NCBI GenBank assembly: GCA_963663165.1
Contig: OY760175.1
Span: 5,504,001 to 5,568,000 of the forward strand
Direction: 5' to 3'
Origin: an uncultured Desulfospira sp.
GTDB lineage: Bacteria; Desulfobacterota; Desulfobacteria; Desulfobacterales; Desulfobacteraceae
DNA length: 64,000 nucleotides
Numbering within the stretch: position 1 is the stretch's first letter; each line of letters begins with the position of its first letter. The notes under the pieces were generated by a model. That model did not search any database. It saw only the letters and a list, made by a program, of their open reading frames with translations, and was not told the DNA's origin. This document shows positions 27,927 to 38,700 of the stretch, in pieces. Made by a program: the position numbers and the translations under genes.

Positions 27927-30900
27927 ATGTGTGTGCGGTTTTTGTCCCGGGGTCTGGCCGCCCCCTTATGGGTGAAGACGGCCCTGCCCATCGTTGTTTC
28001 CATCTTACTTTTTTCAATCGCCATTTTCGGCGTACACCTGCCCAATGTTTACAATACCCCGCTTGAAGAGAGGAAACACGCCCTTAAAAACATGACCCAG
28101 ATTGTCCTGGACATGGTTCAGCACTACCATTCTTTAGCATCCAAAGGCGGCATGACACAGGAAAAAGCCCGGGCGCTGGCCCTGGATGCCATTTCTTCCC
28201 TTCGTTATGGAGCACATAAAAAGGATTATTTCTGGGTGAATGATTTATATCCCCGAATGGTGATGCATTCGGCCATACCGGCATTGAACGGCCAGGATTT
28301 GAGCAGTTATCATGACCCTGACGGCAAGCAGATGTTCAAAGAAATGCTCCTGAAAAGCGAAAAGACCGGGGAGGCCTTTGTTTCTTACCGCTGGCAGTTA
28401 GAAGGCCCGGGCAGCCCCATTGTCCCCAAGATTTCCTATGTTAAGCGCTTTGAACCATGGGGCTGGATGATCGGCACCGGGGTCTATCTTCAAGATATTA
28501 AGGCTGCGGCACAAAAGGAGGCCAGGGACTTTTTACTGATCAGCATGGCGGTCCTCCTGGTGGCGGGGTTTCTCACCTTTGTCTCCATCCGGCAGGGGAT
28601 TCTGGCGTCCCGGGATATTCGCCGCCGGGACGCCACACTTCAAGGCATTTTTGATCAGTCCCGGGAGCTTATGGGGGTTCTCGAGCTGGACGGCCGGGTG
28701 AGCCGGATCAACCGAACGGCCATGGAATTCGCGGGTATCTCCTCGGAGGATGTCGTGGGGAGGCCCTTCTGGGATACGGTCTGGTGGCAGGGGCAACCCG
28801 AAGCCCAGGAAGCGGTTCGCAAAGCTGTGGACAGGGCGCGAAACGGGAAGCCCACCGTGTTCGACGCAAGGCATGTTTCCCGGGAGGGCAGGCCGCTTGA
28901 TGTTGAAGTTGCCATCCAGCCCATCCTGGATGAAAAGGGCGCTCCCATGTTTCTTCTGGCCGACGGTATGGACGTTACCCAACGCAAAGAGTCCGAACAG
29001 CGGCTGACCCGGGAAAAGGCAAGGCTGAACGGTATTTTCAAGACGTCCCCTGTGGGGATCGGTATCGTGAAAGACGGGGTGTTAACCCATACCAACGATG
29101 AATTTGAAAAAATTATCGGCTACACCGGAGAGGAGCTTTCAGGCAAGAGCCCCCGGGACCTTTATCACAGTGACGAAATCTTCAATGCGGTGGGCAAAGA
29201 ATATCTTATGCAGGTTAAAGAAAAGGGGAAAGCATCCATTGAGACGGTTTTCCAGGATAAGGACGGGGTCAACAAAGACATCCTTTTTAACGCTGCCCCG
29301 CTGGTTCCGGAAGATTTTTCCCAGGGCTTTTCCTTTACCATCATGGATATTACGGAACGCAAACAATACCAGCAGTCCCTGGAAGAGCTGGTGGAAGAAC
29401 GGACCAAGCAGCTCAAGACCGCCATGAAGGAAGCCGAGGCGGCCAACAAAGCCAAGAGCGGTTTTCTGGCCAACATGAGCCATGAAATCCGGACGCCCAT
29501 GAACGCCGTTCTCGGCATGACCCATCTGGTTCTCAAAACCGACCTCAACGCCAAACAGGCGGATTATATATACAAGATCGACAGTTCAGCCAAAGCCCTT
29601 TTGGGGCTGATCAATGATATTTTAGATTTTTCCAAAATCGAAGCCGGACAGCTGGATATTGAAAATATTAATTTCACAATGGGCCAGGTCTTTGACAACC
29701 TCTCGGTTGTGATTTACCAGAAAGCCCAGGAAAAAGAGCTGGAATTCATCATCGACCAGGATATGGATATCCCCGAAGAACTGGTGGGCGACCCCTTCCG
29801 GTTAGGTCAGATCCTGTTGAATTTTGCAAGCAATGCCGTCAAGTTTACCGACCAGGGGGAAATTATTGTCAAATCAACCATACTGGAGCGGTCTGACAAT
29901 GATCTGCTGGTCAAGTTCAGTGTCAAGGACTCGGGGATCGGCCTGACCAAAGAGCAGCGTGACAAGCTTTTCGCGCCCTTTACCCAGGCCGACACATCCA
30001 CAACCCGAAAGTACGGGGGCACGGGGCTTGGGCTGTCCATCTGCAAAAGGCTTGTGGAGCTTATGGGCGGTGAGATCGGCCTGGAAAGCGAGTATGGGCA
30101 GGGAAGTACCTTCTGGTTTACCTGCCGTTTCAAGATTCCGGAGGCCAGCATCACCACACCAAGGCAGGATTATGGCGTTCTGGCAGGGGACCTGAAAGGG
30201 CAGCCCGTGCTGGTGGTAGACGACAGTGAATCCTCCCAGCTTATTTTAAAATCATTGCTGGAAACCCTTGAAATGAAGCCTGTAACCGCAAGTTCCGGAG
30301 CCCGGGCCTTGAGCATTCTTGAGAATACCCCTGATGACGAGCTGTTTTCTCTGGTCCTCATGGACTACAAAATGCCGGGGATGAGCGGGGCGGATGCAAC
30401 CCGGAAAATCAAGGACGATCCAAGGCTCAAGGACACTGTCTCAGTGATCATTGTTTCGGCCTTTGGCCGGGAGGATGTGATGAAGCATTCCATAGAAGCC
30501 GGCGCTGATGCCTTTCTGGTAAAGCCGGTCAATATCTCCACGCTTCTGGATACGATTCTTGATGTCAGGGGGGTCAAACCGGGCACGCTCCCCAAAAGAG
30601 AAGTGGTGGAGGATGAATCAGTGGCGGGTATCGAGGCATTGAAGGGGCGGCGGGTGCTGCTGGCAGAAGACAACGAAATAAACCAGCAGATCGCTGTGGA
30701 ACTGCTGGAAGGTGTCGGGCTGGTGGTGGATGTGGCGGATAACGGCCTTCAGGCGGTGGCGGCGCTGTCCCATGGCAAGGACAAGGATTACGATCTGGTT
30801 CTCATGGATATCCAGATGCCGGAAATGGACGGGCTCACCGCAGCAAAGGCCATCCGGGACCAGGGCATATCAAGCCTGCCCATTGTGGCCATGACGGCCC

Positions 30901-31061
30901 ACGCCATGAGCAGTGACCGGGACAAAAGCCTGGATGCCGGCATGAATGACCATATTACAAAGCCCATTGACCCGGCCCAGCTGGACAGGACCCTGGTCAA
31001 ATGGATCAAGCCCGGCCGGTGCCATGTCCCTGATGACCGGGGGATGCCGGCAAAGCCATAA
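27927..31061 (+). CDS. Cache/PAS hybrid sensor histidine kinase with two receiver domains
   Basis: DYFWVND..MVMH Cache, FLANMSHEIRTPMN, YGGTGLGLSI, two REC domains. Confidence 0.93.
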   Translation: MCVRFLSRGLAAPLWVKTALPIVVSILLFSIAIFGVHLPNVYNTPLEERKHALKNMTQIVLDMVQHYHSLASKGGMTQEKARALALDAISSLRYGAHKKDYFWVNDLYPRMVMHSAIPALNGQDLSSYHDPDGKQMFKEMLLKSEKTGEAFVSYRWQLEGPGSPIVPKISYVKRFEPWGWMIGTGVYLQDIKAAAQKEARDFLLISMAVLLVAGFLTFVSIRQGILASRDIRRRDATLQGIFDQSRELMGVLELDGRVSRINRTAMEFAGISSEDVVGRPFWDTVWWQGQPEAQEAVRKAVDRARNGKPTVFDARHVSREGRPLDVEVAIQPILDEKGAPMFLLADGMDVTQRKESEQRLTREKARLNGIFKTSPVGIGIVKDGVLTHTNDEFEKIIGYTGEELSGKSPRDLYHSDEIFNAVGKEYLMQVKEKGKASIETVFQDKDGVNKDILFNAAPLVPEDFSQGFSFTIMDITERKQYQQSLEELVEERTKQLKTAMKEAEAANKAKSGFLANMSHEIRTPMNAVLGMTHLVLKTDLNAKQADYIYKIDSSAKALLGLINDILDFSKIEAGQLDIENINFTMGQVFDNLSVVIYQKAQEKELEFIIDQDMDIPEELVGDPFRLGQILLNFASNAVKFTDQGEIIVKSTILERSDNDLLVKFSVKDSGIGLTKEQRDKLFAPFTQADTSTTRKYGGTGLGLSICKRLVELMGGEIGLESEYGQGSTFWFTCRFKIPEASITTPRQDYGVLAGDLKGQPVLVVDDSESSQLILKSLLETLEMKPVTASSGARALSILENTPDDELFSLVLMDYKMPGMSGADATRKIKDDPRLKDTVSVIIVSAFGREDVMKHSIEAGADAFLVKPVNISTLLDTILDVRGVKPGTLPKREVVEDESVAGIEALKGRRVLLAEDNEINQQIAVELLEGVGLVVDVADNGLQAVAALSHGKDKDYDLVLMDIQMPEMDGLTAAKAIRDQGISSLPIVAMTAHAMSSDRDKSLDAGMNDHITKPIDPAQLDRTLVKWIKPGRCHVPDDRGMPAKP

Positions 31062-31356
31062 AACAGGTTAAAACGCGCCCGGCGGCTGATGAGTGCCCAT
31101 ATGGTCCGCTGGCGAGGAACATCCGGCCACAGGCCGGTGACACAATATGTGAAGGATGTAGAAGGGTGTGCACTTATCAAAGGGGTATCGTGCGGCCTTT
31201 GTAAAACAAGTCTTTTTCAGGTCCGATCCGGGCTGTATGAAAAATTATCAAATCGAAAATTTTCCTGACACCGATCCCTGATCTTCTGTTGGGTGAGCGT
31301 GTATTTAAATCAAATTATTTTAATGTGTTGTGCATTTTTTGGGGGTGCTGTCGCAA

Positions 31357-31372
31357 CGGCATACAAGTTGCT
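31357..31372 (+). promoter_or_regulatory. Sigma54 (-24/-12) promoter
   Basis: CGGCATACAAGTTGCT, GG-N10-GC spacing, upstream of the regulator-transporter operon. Confidence 0.65.
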
Positions 31373-31583
31373 TCGATTCCATCATCCCGAATCTTTGCAG
31401 CCTGAAGATGGCGGGGGTATCCGGCAATCTAACAACGGAGGAGACACACCCCAAAGAAAGTGAACACCCAAGAGCATAAACAAATCCGACAACGCCATAC
31501 CCTGAAAGGCAGAAACCGGGCCGATACGATATTTATTCGTGGCCGGTCCACAACGATTGAACATGTTTTGAGGAGAATTAAAC

Positions 31584-32498
31584 ATGATCCAAAAAATAAA
31601 AGTGATGGTGGTTGACGATGAAGATCGATTTCGAAAAACCACATCAATGCTCTTAACCAAAAAAGGATTTGACACTACCATTGCGGGGTCCGGGGAGGAG
31701 GCCATCCAAATCCTTGGGACAACACCCCATGACGTGGTCGTACTGGATGTCCAGATGGGGGGCATGGATGGACAGACGGCCCTTTCGGAAATCAAGAGGA
31801 TTTCCCCCCAAACCCAGGTCATCATGCTCACCGGGTACGGGTCCCCGGATTCGGCCGAAAGCTCCCGAAAGCTGGCCGCGTTTGATTATCTGACCAAGCC
31901 CTGCGACATTGACATCATTGCTGCAAAAATCAATGAGGCTTATGCGGTCGTGCATACCGATGCGGCCCGGACGGAAAAAAAGGTCAAGGATATCATGACC
32001 AAAGTGGACAACTACACCACAGTCACCGTTGATACGACCATCCGGGAAGCAGTGGGAAAGCTCATGGATTCCCTGGCCCAGCTGGCAAGCGGCAACTTGA
32101 TCCGGGAGGCGGGCCACCGCGCTCTCATTGTGTTTGACAGTGACAACAATTATGCCGGGCTGCTGCGCATGAAAGACCTGATCCGGGAGGTAAGACCCGC
32201 GTATCTGTCTGTTCCCGAATCCTCCAAGGCAGACAGTGTGCGGTTTTCCCACGTATTCACCGGGGGGTGGGACGGCCTTTTTTCCATCCAGATGAAGGCC
32301 CTGGCCGATAAAAAAATCGGTGAGCTCACCCTGGATTCCCCACCCATGATCGATGAAAACGCGAACCTCATGGAGGTGGCGGACCTGCTGTTCAAAACCC
32401 AGAGAACCCGCCTGATCGTTACATCGGGCAAAAAAATCGTGGGTATTCTCAGGGAGCAGGACCTTTTCTTTGAAATCGTAAGCATCGTCACCAGATGA
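31584..32498 (+). CDS. Response regulator with CBS pair
   Basis: VVDDE..VLDVQM..LTKP receiver; C-terminal CBS-like repeats. Confidence 0.85.
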   Translation: MIQKIKVMVVDDEDRFRKTTSMLLTKKGFDTTIAGSGEEAIQILGTTPHDVVVLDVQMGGMDGQTALSEIKRISPQTQVIMLTGYGSPDSAESSRKLAAFDYLTKPCDIDIIAAKINEAYAVVHTDAARTEKKVKDIMTKVDNYTTVTVDTTIREAVGKLMDSLAQLASGNLIREAGHRALIVFDSDNNYAGLLRMKDLIREVRPAYLSVPESSKADSVRFSHVFTGGWDGLFSIQMKALADKKIGELTLDSPPMIDENANLMEVADLLFKTQRTRLIVTSGKKIVGILREQDLFFEIVSIVTR

Positions 32499-34009
32499 CC
32501 GGATTGGAGGAACTCATGAATCACGAACTGCATATTGCAAGCGCGGAAGAAGAAGCGGTAGCGGGAAAAGGCCAGAAATTTACCCTTAAATGGATTGCCA
32601 TTGCCATTGCCGCAGGTGTTCTGGTCTGGCTGCTCCCCACCCCGGCAGACCTGGGGGCGCGGGGCCACGCCTTTCTGGCCCTTTTAACGACGGTTGTTCT
32701 GTTGTGGACGTCCGAGGCCATTCCCATCGGCGTCACCTCAATCGGGGTGGGCTGCGGGCTGATCATTTTTAAGATTCAGTCCTCTAAAGCCGCGTGGGAA
32801 CCTTATGCCAACAGAACCGTTGTCTTTGTTTTCTTTATCATCATGCTCGGGGTCATGCTCGGGCAGACCACCATCCCCAACCGGTTGATGGCATATATTC
32901 TCAAAGTCGGCGGCAGAAATGTCAAACGCCTCAGTTTTACGCTGTGCATGGGAGCCACCTTTCTTGCAGCGTGGACCCATGATGCCACCATCACCATTAT
33001 CCTGCTCTATGCCATGATGCCCATGTTCCTGAAAATGGGGCTGACCCCTGAGAAGAGCAACAGCTTTACCAAGCATTTCATGTTTATGATCCCCCTGGGT
33101 GCGGCCTGTGGCGGCGGTGCAACCTTCCTGGGCTCGGGCCGTTCCCCGGCCTCGGCGGAACTGCTCTTCAAGATTACCGGTTACAACATCGGCTTCATGG
33201 AATACATGTTATACCAGTTTGTACCATCCCTGTTCCTGGGGCTGGCCACCTGGCTTGCGGTCTGGATCATCTATCCGCCGAAGGTCAAGGAGCTGCCCAT
33301 GGAGCTGGCCATTGAAAAAATGCCGCCCATGGGAAAAAAAGAAAAACAGCTCGCCTGGATTCTTGCCGGCACCTTTGTCCTCTGGTTTTTGACAGACATT
33401 ACAAAAATCCACGTCTCAGCCATTGGCGGCCTGTTTATTGTCGTATGCATGGTCTTTAACGTCGTGGACTGGAAGCGTTGTCTGGAGGAGTATCCCTGGA
33501 ACCCCATCATGGTGTTCGGCGCGGGATTCTCCCTGGGCGTGGCCATGCTCGACACCGGTGCCGGAAAATGGATTGCGACCCAGATTTTCCCGATCTTCAC
33601 GGGCTCTCCCTGGCCTGTGGTGGCGGCCGGTGCTTCCGCACTGAGTGCCCTGATTACCAGCTTCATGGCCAATGCGGCAGCCACGGCATTATTGGTGCCG
33701 GTGGTGGTGCCCATGGCAGACCTGGCCGGAACGCCTGCGGCGCCCATTGCCATGTCTGTTCCGCTGGCCACGACCTTTGTACTGCTGGTCATTGGCTGTC
33801 CTCCCACCCTGATTGCCTACGGCTTCGGGTATTTTTCCCAGTGGGAGGCGTTCAAGGTCCTGGTTTTCCGGTCCATCCTGGGCATTCTTGTCCTTTGCCT
33901 GTGCATGTCCCTGTGGTATCCGCTGGTCGGCATGCCGGGCAATATTGACAGTATGAAGACCCCGGCAAAACTGACCGTGTCGGGATATGAACTCATCCAA
34001 AGCAAGTAG
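32495..34009 (+). CDS. SLC13/DASS family anion transporter
   Basis: LWTSEAIPIGVT, GGGATFLGS, TSFMANAAAT, GCPPTLIAYG. Confidence 0.88.
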   Translation: MTGLEELMNHELHIASAEEEAVAGKGQKFTLKWIAIAIAAGVLVWLLPTPADLGARGHAFLALLTTVVLLWTSEAIPIGVTSIGVGCGLIIFKIQSSKAAWEPYANRTVVFVFFIIMLGVMLGQTTIPNRLMAYILKVGGRNVKRLSFTLCMGATFLAAWTHDATITIILLYAMMPMFLKMGLTPEKSNSFTKHFMFMIPLGAACGGGATFLGSGRSPASAELLFKITGYNIGFMEYMLYQFVPSLFLGLATWLAVWIIYPPKVKELPMELAIEKMPPMGKKEKQLAWILAGTFVLWFLTDITKIHVSAIGGLFIVVCMVFNVVDWKRCLEEYPWNPIMVFGAGFSLGVAMLDTGAGKWIATQIFPIFTGSPWPVVAAGASALSALITSFMANAAATALLVPVVVPMADLAGTPAAPIAMSVPLATTFVLLVIGCPPTLIAYGFGYFSQWEAFKVLVFRSILGILVLCLCMSLWYPLVGMPGNIDSMKTPAKLTVSGYELIQSK

Positions 34010-34066
34010 CGTATGAATAACGGCCCCGGCCCGTACAGGCATTTGTCCGGGCAGGGCCTTAACCAG

Positions 34067-34114
34067 GCCTGGAACCGTTATTGCGTGCGGCAACGGTTCC
34101 AGGCTTATTTTTTT
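34067..34114 (+). terminator. Intrinsic terminator
   Basis: GCCTGGAACCGTT...AACGGTTCCAGGC followed by a T-tract. Confidence 0.7.
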
Positions 34115-34241
34115 GTCCCCATTTATCTTTTCAGCTGGCTGCCCCCCCCCCATGTCCCAACCGTGTCGATTCAGGTTTTAATTGAAATTTACAAGGGCGG
34201 TGATTTCCCGATCAAACATGAATTAAGGTTGCTTTAATTAA

Positions 34242-34268
34242 TTAGGTGGCATATAGCTAGCCAGCTAA
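34242..34268. promoter_or_regulatory. Probable MarR operator (inverted repeat)
   Basis: TTAGGTGGC-N9-GCCAGCTAA just upstream of the marR start. Confidence 0.45.
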
Positions 34269-34285
34269 CCAAATACAGAGGGGCT

Positions 34286-34795
34286 ATGTTTTATTTGCTT
34301 GATCAACCAACGGAAAAAGAATTCCAGGACCTGGCCGGACGGTACACCCAGATGGCACCGCAGCCGGTTAAGACCATGCTCAACCTTTTGAAAACCGGCA
34401 GCGATCTGCTCACGGGGTTTGAAAAATTGCTAAGCGGCTATAATTTGTCCCAAGGCCGGTTTCTGGTGTTGATGGTCATGAACCGGAAACCCAGAGAACG
34501 GACAACCCCGTCTATATTATCACAGAAGATCGGGGTAACCCGCGCTACCATGACCCGCCTCATTGACGGGCTGGAGCGGGATGGTTTCCTGATGCGGCAC
34601 GCCCATTTGACCGACCGCCGCAAACAGCATTTGTCCCTCACCCTAAAGGGACAGCGGGTTCTGGAAAAATTGCTGCCCGACTACTGGTCCAGAATTGACC
34701 GGCTGATGAAAGGATTAGATGAGGCTGAACAGCAGACCCTGATAACCCTTCTGGATAAAGTAACCCAAGGTATTCCTGCCTTAACCAAAAAATAA
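34286..34795 (+). CDS. MarR family regulator
   Basis: VTRATMTRLIDGLERDG..DRR..LTLKG. Confidence 0.92.
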   Translation: MFYLLDQPTEKEFQDLAGRYTQMAPQPVKTMLNLLKTGSDLLTGFEKLLSGYNLSQGRFLVLMVMNRKPRERTTPSILSQKIGVTRATMTRLIDGLERDGFLMRHAHLTDRRKQHLSLTLKGQRVLEKLLPDYWSRIDRLMKGLDEAEQQTLITLLDKVTQGIPALTKK

Positions 34796-34853
34796 ATCAT
34801 AACACGTTTAAGCGAAAACCGATCAAACCAAAACCGTTCATGAGGAGTTCCAC

Positions 34854-35951
34854 TTGCCCATACAAAAAATTATAATGATGGTAATGGCCGTTTTTTTTGC
34901 CATTGGCGCCATAGACCACCTGCTGGACAATCGCCTGGGATTTGGAAAAGAATTTGAGCGGGCCTTTTCGTTAATGGGAACAATTGCCCTTAATATTCTG
35001 GGCCTGATATCCATCTCTCCGGTCATAGCCCGCATGTTAAAACCGGTTGTTGTTCCTTTATACCAGTCTTTCGGCGCTGACGCGGCCATGTTTGCACCGA
35101 CGTTTTTGTCCGTGGATTCCGGCGGGTACTCAATCGCCACACAACTTGCCGCGGATCCCCAGGTCGGTCTGTTTGCCGGTGCCGTCATTGCCGCTTTGTT
35201 TGGGGCAAACATGTCTTTTACCATTCCCGTGGCCATCAGTATCATTGAAAAAGAGGATCATAAATTTTTCAGTGTGGGCGTCATGTCCGGTTTTATTGTC
35301 ATTCCCTTTGGCGGGTTCATCGGCGGTCTTGCCTGCGGCCTTCCCGCCGGCGTGATTTTGATTAATCTGATGCCCGTGACGGTTGTGGCCGTTGCGGTGA
35401 TTATCGGGCTTATTTTTTTCCCTGAAAAAATGATAAAAATGTTCACCATCTTTGCCAAATTTATCCATATCATCATCATTTTCGGCCTGACGGCTGCGGT
35501 GATTGAGCAGATGACCGGTTTTGCCGTCATCAAGGGAATGAACCCGTTAGCGGCATCCATGAAAATTTTAGGGAACATAACGATCATCCTGGCCGGCACC
35601 ATGTCGTTTATTTATGGATTCATGAAAGTTTTTAAAACGCCTTTGGATAAAATCGCTGAATTGACCGGGATAACGGATTTATCTGTTTTGTCCATGCTGT
35701 TGTCCTTGGCCACCCTGATTCCGGGATTTGTCTATTTGAAAGATATGAACGACAAAGGCAAAATAATTTTTGGCGCCTTTGCGGCCACCACAGCCAATAT
35801 TTTCGGGGCTCACCTTGGGTTTATTTCAGCGGTAAGCCCTGAAATGGTCGCCCCCATGATTACCGCCAAAGTTGCTGCAGGCGTCGTCGCCCTGCCCATT
35901 GCCGCATTGCTTTACAAACGGATATTCCTCTCTAAAAAGGAAGGGCTGTAA
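34854..35951 (+). CDS. eutH: EutH-family ethanolamine transporter
   Basis: GAIDH..NRLGFGKEF, DSGGY, FTIPVA, GAHLGF. Confidence 0.8.
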   Translation: MPIQKIIMMVMAVFFAIGAIDHLLDNRLGFGKEFERAFSLMGTIALNILGLISISPVIARMLKPVVVPLYQSFGADAAMFAPTFLSVDSGGYSIATQLAADPQVGLFAGAVIAALFGANMSFTIPVAISIIEKEDHKFFSVGVMSGFIVIPFGGFIGGLACGLPAGVILINLMPVTVVAVAVIIGLIFFPEKMIKMFTIFAKFIHIIIIFGLTAAVIEQMTGFAVIKGMNPLAASMKILGNITIILAGTMSFIYGFMKVFKTPLDKIAELTGITDLSVLSMLLSLATLIPGFVYLKDMNDKGKIIFGAFAATTANIFGAHLGFISAVSPEMVAPMITAKVAAGVVALPIAALLYKRIFLSKKEGL

Positions 35952-36075
35952 GTGGGGGGTTAAACTCAGCCGGGGAAAGGTCCTGTTTTCTTTACAAAAA
36001 TGGGGCCGCTAAGAGCGGTTTTTGTATACTATAGAAAATTTTAACATATTAAAAATAAGTGGTTGTAATGATCTG

Positions 36076-36105
36076 CCTGGTTCGACCTGCAGCGGATTGT
36101 TGAAC
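36076..36105 (-). other. Truncated attC (R'' and L'' half only), distal end of the array
   Basis: Minus strand GTTCAAC-AATCCGCTGCAGGTCGAACCAGG resembles the left arm of attC 62520-62648. Confidence 0.55.
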
Positions 36106-36209
36106 GAAGCCGCTACCGCGGCGGAAAAAGTCAAAGTTGTGTATACTCCGTTGGGGTTTTCCTGTGCAGGGCATCCCGAATATCAATTTAATTTAAGGAG
36201 GAGTATACC

Positions 36210-37113
36210 ATGAACGAATCCGAAGTAAACCGTTTTAACAAGCTCTATGAACGCCATTTGAAAACCCTGAAACTTCAGGGAAAGTCTGAAAAAACCATTG
36301 ATGCCTACTCCCGGGCCATTCGCCGGGTAAGAGACTATTTTGACTGTTGCCCTGACAAACTTAAACCAGAACAACTCGAAAATTATTTTGCTGACCTGGT
36401 CGAGTCCCATTCGTGGAGCACGGTTAAAATTGATCGTCTGGGACTTCAGCATTTCTGGAAATTCGTTTTAAAAAAGGAATGGAATTGGTTGAATATTGTC
36501 AAGCCGCCCAAAGTTAAAACCATCCCGGATATTTTGACTCCCGGCGAGGTGGAACATCTGATCGGCGCAACGCGTAAACTGCGCTACCGGGTTTTCCTGC
36601 TGACAAACTATTCAATGGGCCTGCGTCTGGCAGAGACACTGTCCTTGCAAGTGGGGGATATTGATTCGGTACGAAAACTTGTCCATATCCGGAGGGGAAA
36701 AGGCCATAAAGACCGGTTGGTCCCATTACCGGACCGTACCCTGATCGGACTGCGGGAACTATGGAAAAGACATCAACACCCCAGCCTTCTTTTCCCCAAT
36801 GCTAAAGGCTCACTGGAAACCATTCAAAAGGCCAAATCCCATATGGACCGGGGTGGTGTCCAAAATGCCATGAAGGCTGTGGTGGCCGATTGCGGCATAA
36901 AAAAAAGTCTCCATACACTCTTTGCGCCACAGCTTTGCAACTCACCTGCTTGAAAACGGCTTAAGCCTTCGCCACATCCAGGCCCTTCTCGGCCATGCCC
37001 GGCCTGAAACAACCGCCCGTTACGCCCATCTCACTGAGATCACGGAAAAGGACTGCAGGACAACCATTAACGAACTGGTCAACACCATTCATGTAGATTT
37101 TTGGAAGGTGTAA
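36210..37113 (+). CDS. Tyrosine recombinase, frameshifted at the A8 tract 36899-36906
   Basis: MGLRLAE and GKGHKDR in 36210-36953; [18 protein letters not shown] in another frame ending at 37113. Confidence 0.85.
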
Positions 37114-37115
37114 TT

Positions 37116-38159
37116 ATGCGACTTTCTCATATCATTGAAGAGTATTATGATGCATTCCAGACCCGTTACGGGGACAAGGCGTTGCCGGGGCAGATTAATG
37201 CCTTAAACGCCATGCTCAGTTGCCGCACACCAGATGCCGGACAGATTTATACGGCCTGCCCGGACTGCAATCATCTACAACAGCACCCTCTCTCCTGCGG
37301 TAACCGGCATTGCCCCCATTGCCAGAACCATGAAACAAGTCAATGGATCGACCGGCAACAAAATAAACTGCTGCCGGTCCAGTATTTCATGGTGACTTTT
37401 ACCTTGCCCTGTCAGTTCAGAGATGTGGCATATCTGAATCAACGGGCAGTTTATTCTCTGATGTTTTCATGTGTATCCGGCACTTTGAAAGATTTTGGGC
37501 TCAACCCCCGGCACCTTGGTGCTCAGATCGGTATGACCATGGTCCTTCACACCAATAGCAGAAAATTGGATTTTCATCCGCATATTCACGTAATTGTTCC
37601 AGGTGGCGGTGTTGATCCATCCAGACGGCAATGGAAAAAGAAAAAAGGCAAGTATTTGTTTAACCAGAAAGCCCTGGCCAAGGTTTTCCGGGCACGTTTC
37701 CTGGATGGATTGAACAAAAAAAATTTGCCGATTCCCAAAGGTGCTCGTCCCAAATGGGTTGTTGATTGTGAGAGGGTTGGAGCAGGTCTCTCTGCCCTGA
37801 AGTATCTGTCCAGGTATTTATACAGGGGAGTGATCAGCGAGCGTAATATTATTGCCAACCAGAACGGTCAGGTTACCTTCAGGTATATTGACGGCAAAAC
37901 CAAAAAAGTATGTACGCGAACCCTTAACGGCGAAGATTTCCTGCGCCTGATCCTGCTTCATGTATTGCCCCGGGGATTTCGCAGGGCAAGGGATTACGGT
38001 TTTCTTCATGGGAATGCCAAAAAACTGCTCTTTCTGGTACAGATGATTCTCCACGTACGGATTACGGCAATAGTGCGTCGGCCAAGGCCTGTGTTTAAAT
38101 GCCCCCATTGCGGGCAGCCTATGAAAATCCTGGGAATAAAACCTGCCGGTGCGGGATAG
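37116..38159 (+). CDS. IS91-family rolling-circle transposase
   Basis: SCGNRHCPHCQ zinc finger, TFTLP, HPHIH HUH motif, YLSRY. Confidence 0.95.
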   Translation: MRLSHIIEEYYDAFQTRYGDKALPGQINALNAMLSCRTPDAGQIYTACPDCNHLQQHPLSCGNRHCPHCQNHETSQWIDRQQNKLLPVQYFMVTFTLPCQFRDVAYLNQRAVYSLMFSCVSGTLKDFGLNPRHLGAQIGMTMVLHTNSRKLDFHPHIHVIVPGGGVDPSRRQWKKKKGKYLFNQKALAKVFRARFLDGLNKKNLPIPKGARPKWVVDCERVGAGLSALKYLSRYLYRGVISERNIIANQNGQVTFRYIDGKTKKVCTRTLNGEDFLRLILLHVLPRGFRRARDYGFLHGNAKKLLFLVQMILHVRITAIVRRPRPVFKCPHCGQPMKILGIKPAGAG

Positions 38160-38369
38160 GAAAAACAAAAGGTAGAAACCAAATCTCAATTTAACTGGAG
38201 GAGAGCAACGCTATGAAATAATCCGGCTTTTTTTAGAAAGCCCTGAAAAGGGCTATGCTACAGGTGCGCCTTATCTCCGATGGCCGAAAACCAAACTACT
38301 TCCAGCCGCTTAATCTCCAAAAAGATATTTTCATATATAGGGAAAGCCCGGTTCATTTTGGCCGGGCTT

Positions 38370-38430
38370 GTTCAACAATCGGATAAGATCGTGGTTTGTT
38401 CCTCACACGATCTATCCTTATTCGTTCTGC
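38370..38430 (-). other. Short attC-like site after brnA
   Basis: Minus strand GCAGAAC-GAATAAGGATAGATCGTG..CACGATCTTATCCGATT-GTTGAAC, starting 3 bp after the stop codon. Confidence 0.6.
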
Positions 38431-38433
38431 TCA

Positions 38434-38700
38434 TTAGTACCGCATTTCCGAGTCGATACGTTCAGAAAGAAAAACCTTTAAAAGAGACTGATACGGAACA
38501 TCCTTTTTGTTTGCCAATACTTTCAAATCCTCAATCATGGATTCAGGCAACCGGATAGAAATTTTCCGAGTTGAAGGTTTTAGTTTCGAAAACACAACAT
38601 TCTCTGCATCAGACCAATCCATATAATCAGAAGAATCATTTTCTTGCCAAAATTTGCGTTCTTCGGCTTCACTGCTAAATTCAGGTATTTTCTTTTTCAT
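38434..38700 (-). CDS. brnA: BrnA/CopG-like antitoxin
   Basis: IPEFSSEAEERKFW, ISIRLP, VPYQSLLK. Confidence 0.85.
   Translation of the reverse strand: MKKKIPEFSSEAEERKFWQENDSSDYMDWSDAENVVFSKLKPSTRKISIRLPESMIEDLKVLANKKDVPYQSLLKVFLSERIDSEMRY

Larger units (their letters stand above)
36099..38376 (+). mobile_element. IS91-like element encoding tyrosine recombinase + Y2 transposase
   Basis: Ends GTTGAACGAAGCC / GGGCTTGTTCAAC; two-gene content. Confidence 0.85.

Noticed and set aside
36210..37113. Tyrosine recombinase next to attC sites as the integron integrase IntI
   Set aside because: Coupled to an IS91 transposase inside that element's ends, at the distal end of the array, and I do not see the IntI-specific insertion
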